Of a stretch of DNA of 64,000 bases, positions 61,674-64,000 are shown piece by piece; position 1 is the first letter of the stretch, and the number at the start of each line of letters is the position of its first letter. The translations under genes were made by a program, and so were the position numbers. Where the stretch lies: positions 5,095 through 69,094 of the forward strand of contig JAZNZC010000151.1 of NCBI GenBank assembly GCA_045594745.1. The letters are read 5' to 3'. The stretch is from Eubacteriales bacterium. GTDB taxonomy: Bacteria > Bacillota > Clostridia > Oscillospirales > CAG-272. A model generated the notes under the pieces. The model was not told the DNA's origin, searched no databases, and saw nothing but the letters and a program-made list of their open reading frames with translations.

Positions 61674-62876
61674 TTATTGCTGATTGACTATCACCCTTTT
61701 ATCTGCCATGAGCTTATCAAGGAAGCAAACCCACTTTACAGATGTTCGCGGATCGGGCTGAGGATAAATATAAATCAGCTTTCCTTGGTGATAGATGTCA
61801 ATATGGTCGCCGGGAGTGGTTGGAAACGCGCCTATACTGCTCGTCTGAACAGAAAACTCGATATCCTTGTCGTGCATAGTGCCGGATAGACGGAAAATAT
61901 CCTTATCCATATATACCTTACCTTCGCCTGCGTTGGGATCCATAAATCCATCCTCACCGCAGCAACCGAGTCTTACCGTTGATTCAAGATGTCCGTGCTC
62001 TGTGTCCATTGTGTTCTGTTGCCATTCAAACCATTCGTTTATGCGGCTGAACGGAGCATTGTGCAGTTTATACTGTGAGTCGAGCGTTGCGTCGAGTCCG
62101 CACGAGCATCTGATGTGATTGCCGTCAGATGTGATCTTGTCTTCTTCAAGGCACTTTGGACACTTGAAGAGTATCTTATCAACTCCGCGCGCCATAGTAT
62201 CGCTTTTGTATTCTACACCGGGCATAGCAAGCTCGTCATCGTGGCAGATAACGTCTTCGGTAATTTTTTGAATCTCTTCTACACTCATCTCGCCAACTTG
62301 ATCTGCTGACAGCACCTGCTTAACAACACAATGAATCTTTCCGATTCTGTCATCTCCCTTTTCATGCCATTTCGGAAAGGTCAAATATGCTCCGTTCGCC
62401 TTCCAGGCATAAACGTCAATGCCAAGCTTTTTTATAAGATCGGCTGTGCCTTCGGCAACAGGAAGGGTGTGACCGTAGCAGGACAGTCTGCCCTCGGCAA
62501 AAATAACGATAACAGCGTTTTCCTTCTTTGCTCTCAATATGTTAAGTATGGTCGAAACATCGGGTGTAAACATCTTTTTGCTGATAACGTGCATAAGCTT
62601 CAAAAGCCCTGCGGTGTCGCGTTTGTGTAAAAAGTGTTCGCTAACAATATAGGTAGGACGGATGGGATAGAGCGTCATACCCGAAAGAATATGGTCGACA
62701 TCCGAGGTGTGGGTTGCCAGAACAATAGCAGGTCCCTTGATGTCTTTTACAATTTTTTTATCAAACGTTATGTGATACTTCAACCGGTACATAGTACCAA
62801 GTGTTGCATATAAAATAGCATATAGTACAGGATTTACTTTACCTATTTTCTTGCCACTTTTCTTTTTTTGACTCAT
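61674..62876 (-). CDS. lysophospholipid (1-acyl-sn-glycerol-3-phosphate-type) acyltransferase family protein with a C-terminal extension
   Basis: HX4D motif ATHTSDVD. FAEGRLS motif. 400 aa. Confidence 0.8.
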   Translation of the reverse strand: MSQKKKSGKKIGKVNPVLYAILYATLGTMYRLKYHITFDKKIVKDIKGPAIVLATHTSDVDHILSGMTLYPIRPTYIVSEHFLHKRDTAGLLKLMHVISKKMFTPDVSTILNILRAKKENAVIVIFAEGRLSCYGHTLPVAEGTADLIKKLGIDVYAWKANGAYLTFPKWHEKGDDRIGKIHCVVKQVLSADQVGEMSVEEIQKITEDVICHDDELAMPGVEYKSDTMARGVDKILFKCPKCLEEDKITSDGNHIRCSCGLDATLDSQYKLHNAPFSRINEWFEWQQNTMDTEHGHLESTVRLGCCGEDGFMDPNAGEGKVYMDKDIFRLSGTMHDKDIEFSVQTSSIGAFPTTPGDHIDIYHQGKLIYIYPQPDPRTSVKWVCFLDKLMADKRVIVNQQ

Positions 62877-63004
62877 ATCCGACTCCTTTATTGTTTTTAT
62901 TAGAATCTCTTTTCATTATACCATAAATATACTTAAAAGTAAAGAGGCAAAAATATTAAAAAAGAAATCAACTGCGCAGTGCTAACGCAAAATGAGACAA
63001 TGTC

Positions 63005-63091
63005 GTGGCATTGGCGAAGTCCTGCGTTTTGAAATTCAAATAAGAAAAAGCAGAACAGACACAAGGTCTATTCTGCCTTTTCTGGTCTGAT
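63005..63091 (+). repeat. repeat family copy A (terminator hairpin followed by TGGTCTGAT)
   Basis: By-eye estimate of about 85% identity to 63718-63804. Hairpin at 63050-63076. Confidence 0.8.
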
Positions 63092-63272
63092 GTGATAAGC
63101 ATTGGCAAGCCAATGAGACTTGAACTTTCGGCCTCTATCACCCCGATTTGGTAAATAATGGAAAACAAGACATAATATAGGCGGTATAAACAGAATGAAA
63201 GCGATTTCATAGAACAAACGAGAAGATAATCTGTGCACTTCTTACAGCGCTATTTTCGTAAAACAGCCCCGT

Positions 63273-63315
63273 TGCGTGGCAGGGTGCGTGGCAAATGAGA
63301 CGTGATTGCGTGGCA
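63273..63315 (+). repeat. three direct copies of TGCGTGGCA
   Basis: Copies start at 63273, 63285 and 63307. The related TTGCGTAGCAA occurs at 63528 and 63562. Confidence 0.8.
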
Positions 63316-63448
63316 CGAATTTATTGGGATTTTTAACATATGGGATGACTCAAATAGACCTATAAAATTATTGATATGTTTGCGTTTTGTTCGAGCCCTC
63401 CTAGCTTTCATATGATATAATTCCATTGATGGAAGGGAGGATCTAACC

Positions 63449-63535
63449 ATGAAGAAAAAGATCATTAAAAATGCAATTCGCTGCAATCTGTGTGGTGAGG
63501 TAATGAAGACTGAGAAGTCCCACAAAATTGCGTAG
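63449..63535 (+). pseudogene. 28-codon ORF resembling the start of a zinc-ribbon-type protein, likely a gene fragment
   Basis: GGGAGGA RBS. MKKKIIKNAIRCNLCGEVMKTEKSHKIA, then a TAG that lies inside the first TTGCGTAGCAA repeat. Confidence 0.3.
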
Positions 63536-63594
63536 CAAATTGTGTGACACGCTCTCAAAAGTTGCGTAGCAAGGTAAAAAAGGGTACAAAAAAA

Positions 63595-63635
63595 GCATTG
63601 AAAAACAGCGTTTTTCAATGCTTTTTTGGTCTGAT
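63595..63635 (+). repeat. repeat family copy C (different hairpin, same TGGTCTGAT tail)
   Basis: GCATTGAAAAAC-agc-GTTTTTCAATGC, then T6, then GGTCTGAT. Confidence 0.7.
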
Positions 63636-63717
63636 TGACAAGCTTACGAACTTAGTTTTGCGCCGTTTATTTTGGCAGTTTCTCACAGTTCAAGAGAGCG
63701 CAAAACGGGCAAATGCT

Positions 63718-63804
63718 ATGGCATTTGCGAAGTTCCGCGTCGTGAAATTCAAATAAGAAAAGGCAGAGCAAACACAAGGTTTGTTCTGCCTTTTCTGGTC
63801 TGAT
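63718..63804 (+). repeat. repeat family copy B (terminator hairpin followed by TGGTCTGAT)
   Basis: Hairpin at 63762-63790. Shares GAAATTCAAATAAGAAAA...TTCTGCCTTTTCTGGTCTGAT with copy A. Confidence 0.8.
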
Positions 63805-64000
63805 TGAAATGAACAGACTTGAACCGGTGCCTTTTCTATCTTCCATGCTATTGTGCAATATAGAACTACAAAGTTTCTATGCAAGTTTAAAATATTGCTA
63901 TGAGATTATGGCTACCGTCCGTAACAGATTTTGCGTTCTTTTTTTAGGATAATGTTTCTATTGCTATCTTCATTCCTAACTTGAAGCCATATTCGAAGAT

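Noticed and set aside
62968-63210. 80-aa minus ORF and its apparent paralogue at 63690-63884, sharing SDQKRQNxPCVCSAFSYLNF; also 63250-63618(-) and 63544-63756(+)
   Set aside because: The shared peptide is the translation of the repeated terminator hairpin and its flanks. An ORF reading through a strong hairpin with a T-run is implausible, and none has an RBS.
63807-63835. tRNA-like T-arm (GGTTCAAGTCT on the minus strand), with a related copy near 63111-63135
   Set aside because: The flanking bases do not form a T-stem or an acceptor stem, and no cloverleaf can be drawn.

Overview
All calls come from reading the sequence and the ORF track by eye. I ran no searches, so family names rest on recognised motifs. 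The window looks like a Bacillota (Clostridia-like) chromosome segment, and almost every gene is on the + strand.

- **0-12.7 kb, housekeeping.** YhaM-like HD protein, membrane protein, Nudix hydrolase, an SbcD/SbcC-like (YhaO/YhaN-type) pair, hemW, DUF1292, a YfcE-type phosphoesterase, spoVG (-), murC and DUF1015. Two structured non-coding stretches stay unexplained, at 8.3-8.7 kb and 12.6-12.9 kb.
- **13-53.7 kb, surface-protein island in three units.**
  - (i) 13.05-29.8 kb: a giant S8/PA cell-envelope proteinase fused to a BspA-type LRR array, then a lipoprotein, an oversized TM-anchored family-5 binding protein, Opp-type BCDF genes and a small membrane ORF.
  - (ii) 29.8-38.6 kb: a 2908-aa lipoprotein built of B-repeats, Fn3-like modules and about 1800 aa of LRR.
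  - (iii) 38.7-53.7 kb: a MoxR / DUF58 / double BatA-VWA (Bat-like) module in one operon with a B-repeat membrane protein, an LRR lipoprotein, a 1144-aa Ig-domain protein and a TIM-barrel enzyme. This is my best candidate for an undescribed system.
- **54.1-61.6 kb.** A polytopic membrane protein, an ABC ATPase with its permease, a Big_2 protein and a Big_2/beta-helix lipoprotein.
- **61.7-62.9 kb.** An acyltransferase on the - strand.
- **62.9-64 kb.** An AT-rich stretch with no credible CDS of 60 aa or more (one 28-aa gene-fragment ORF at 63449-63535). It carries a repeated terminator-containing unit and short direct repeats.

I recognised no rRNA, tRNA, CRISPR array, integrase or transposase. 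None of the giant proteins has a C-terminal LPXTG sortase signal; they are anchored by a lipobox or a single TM segment.
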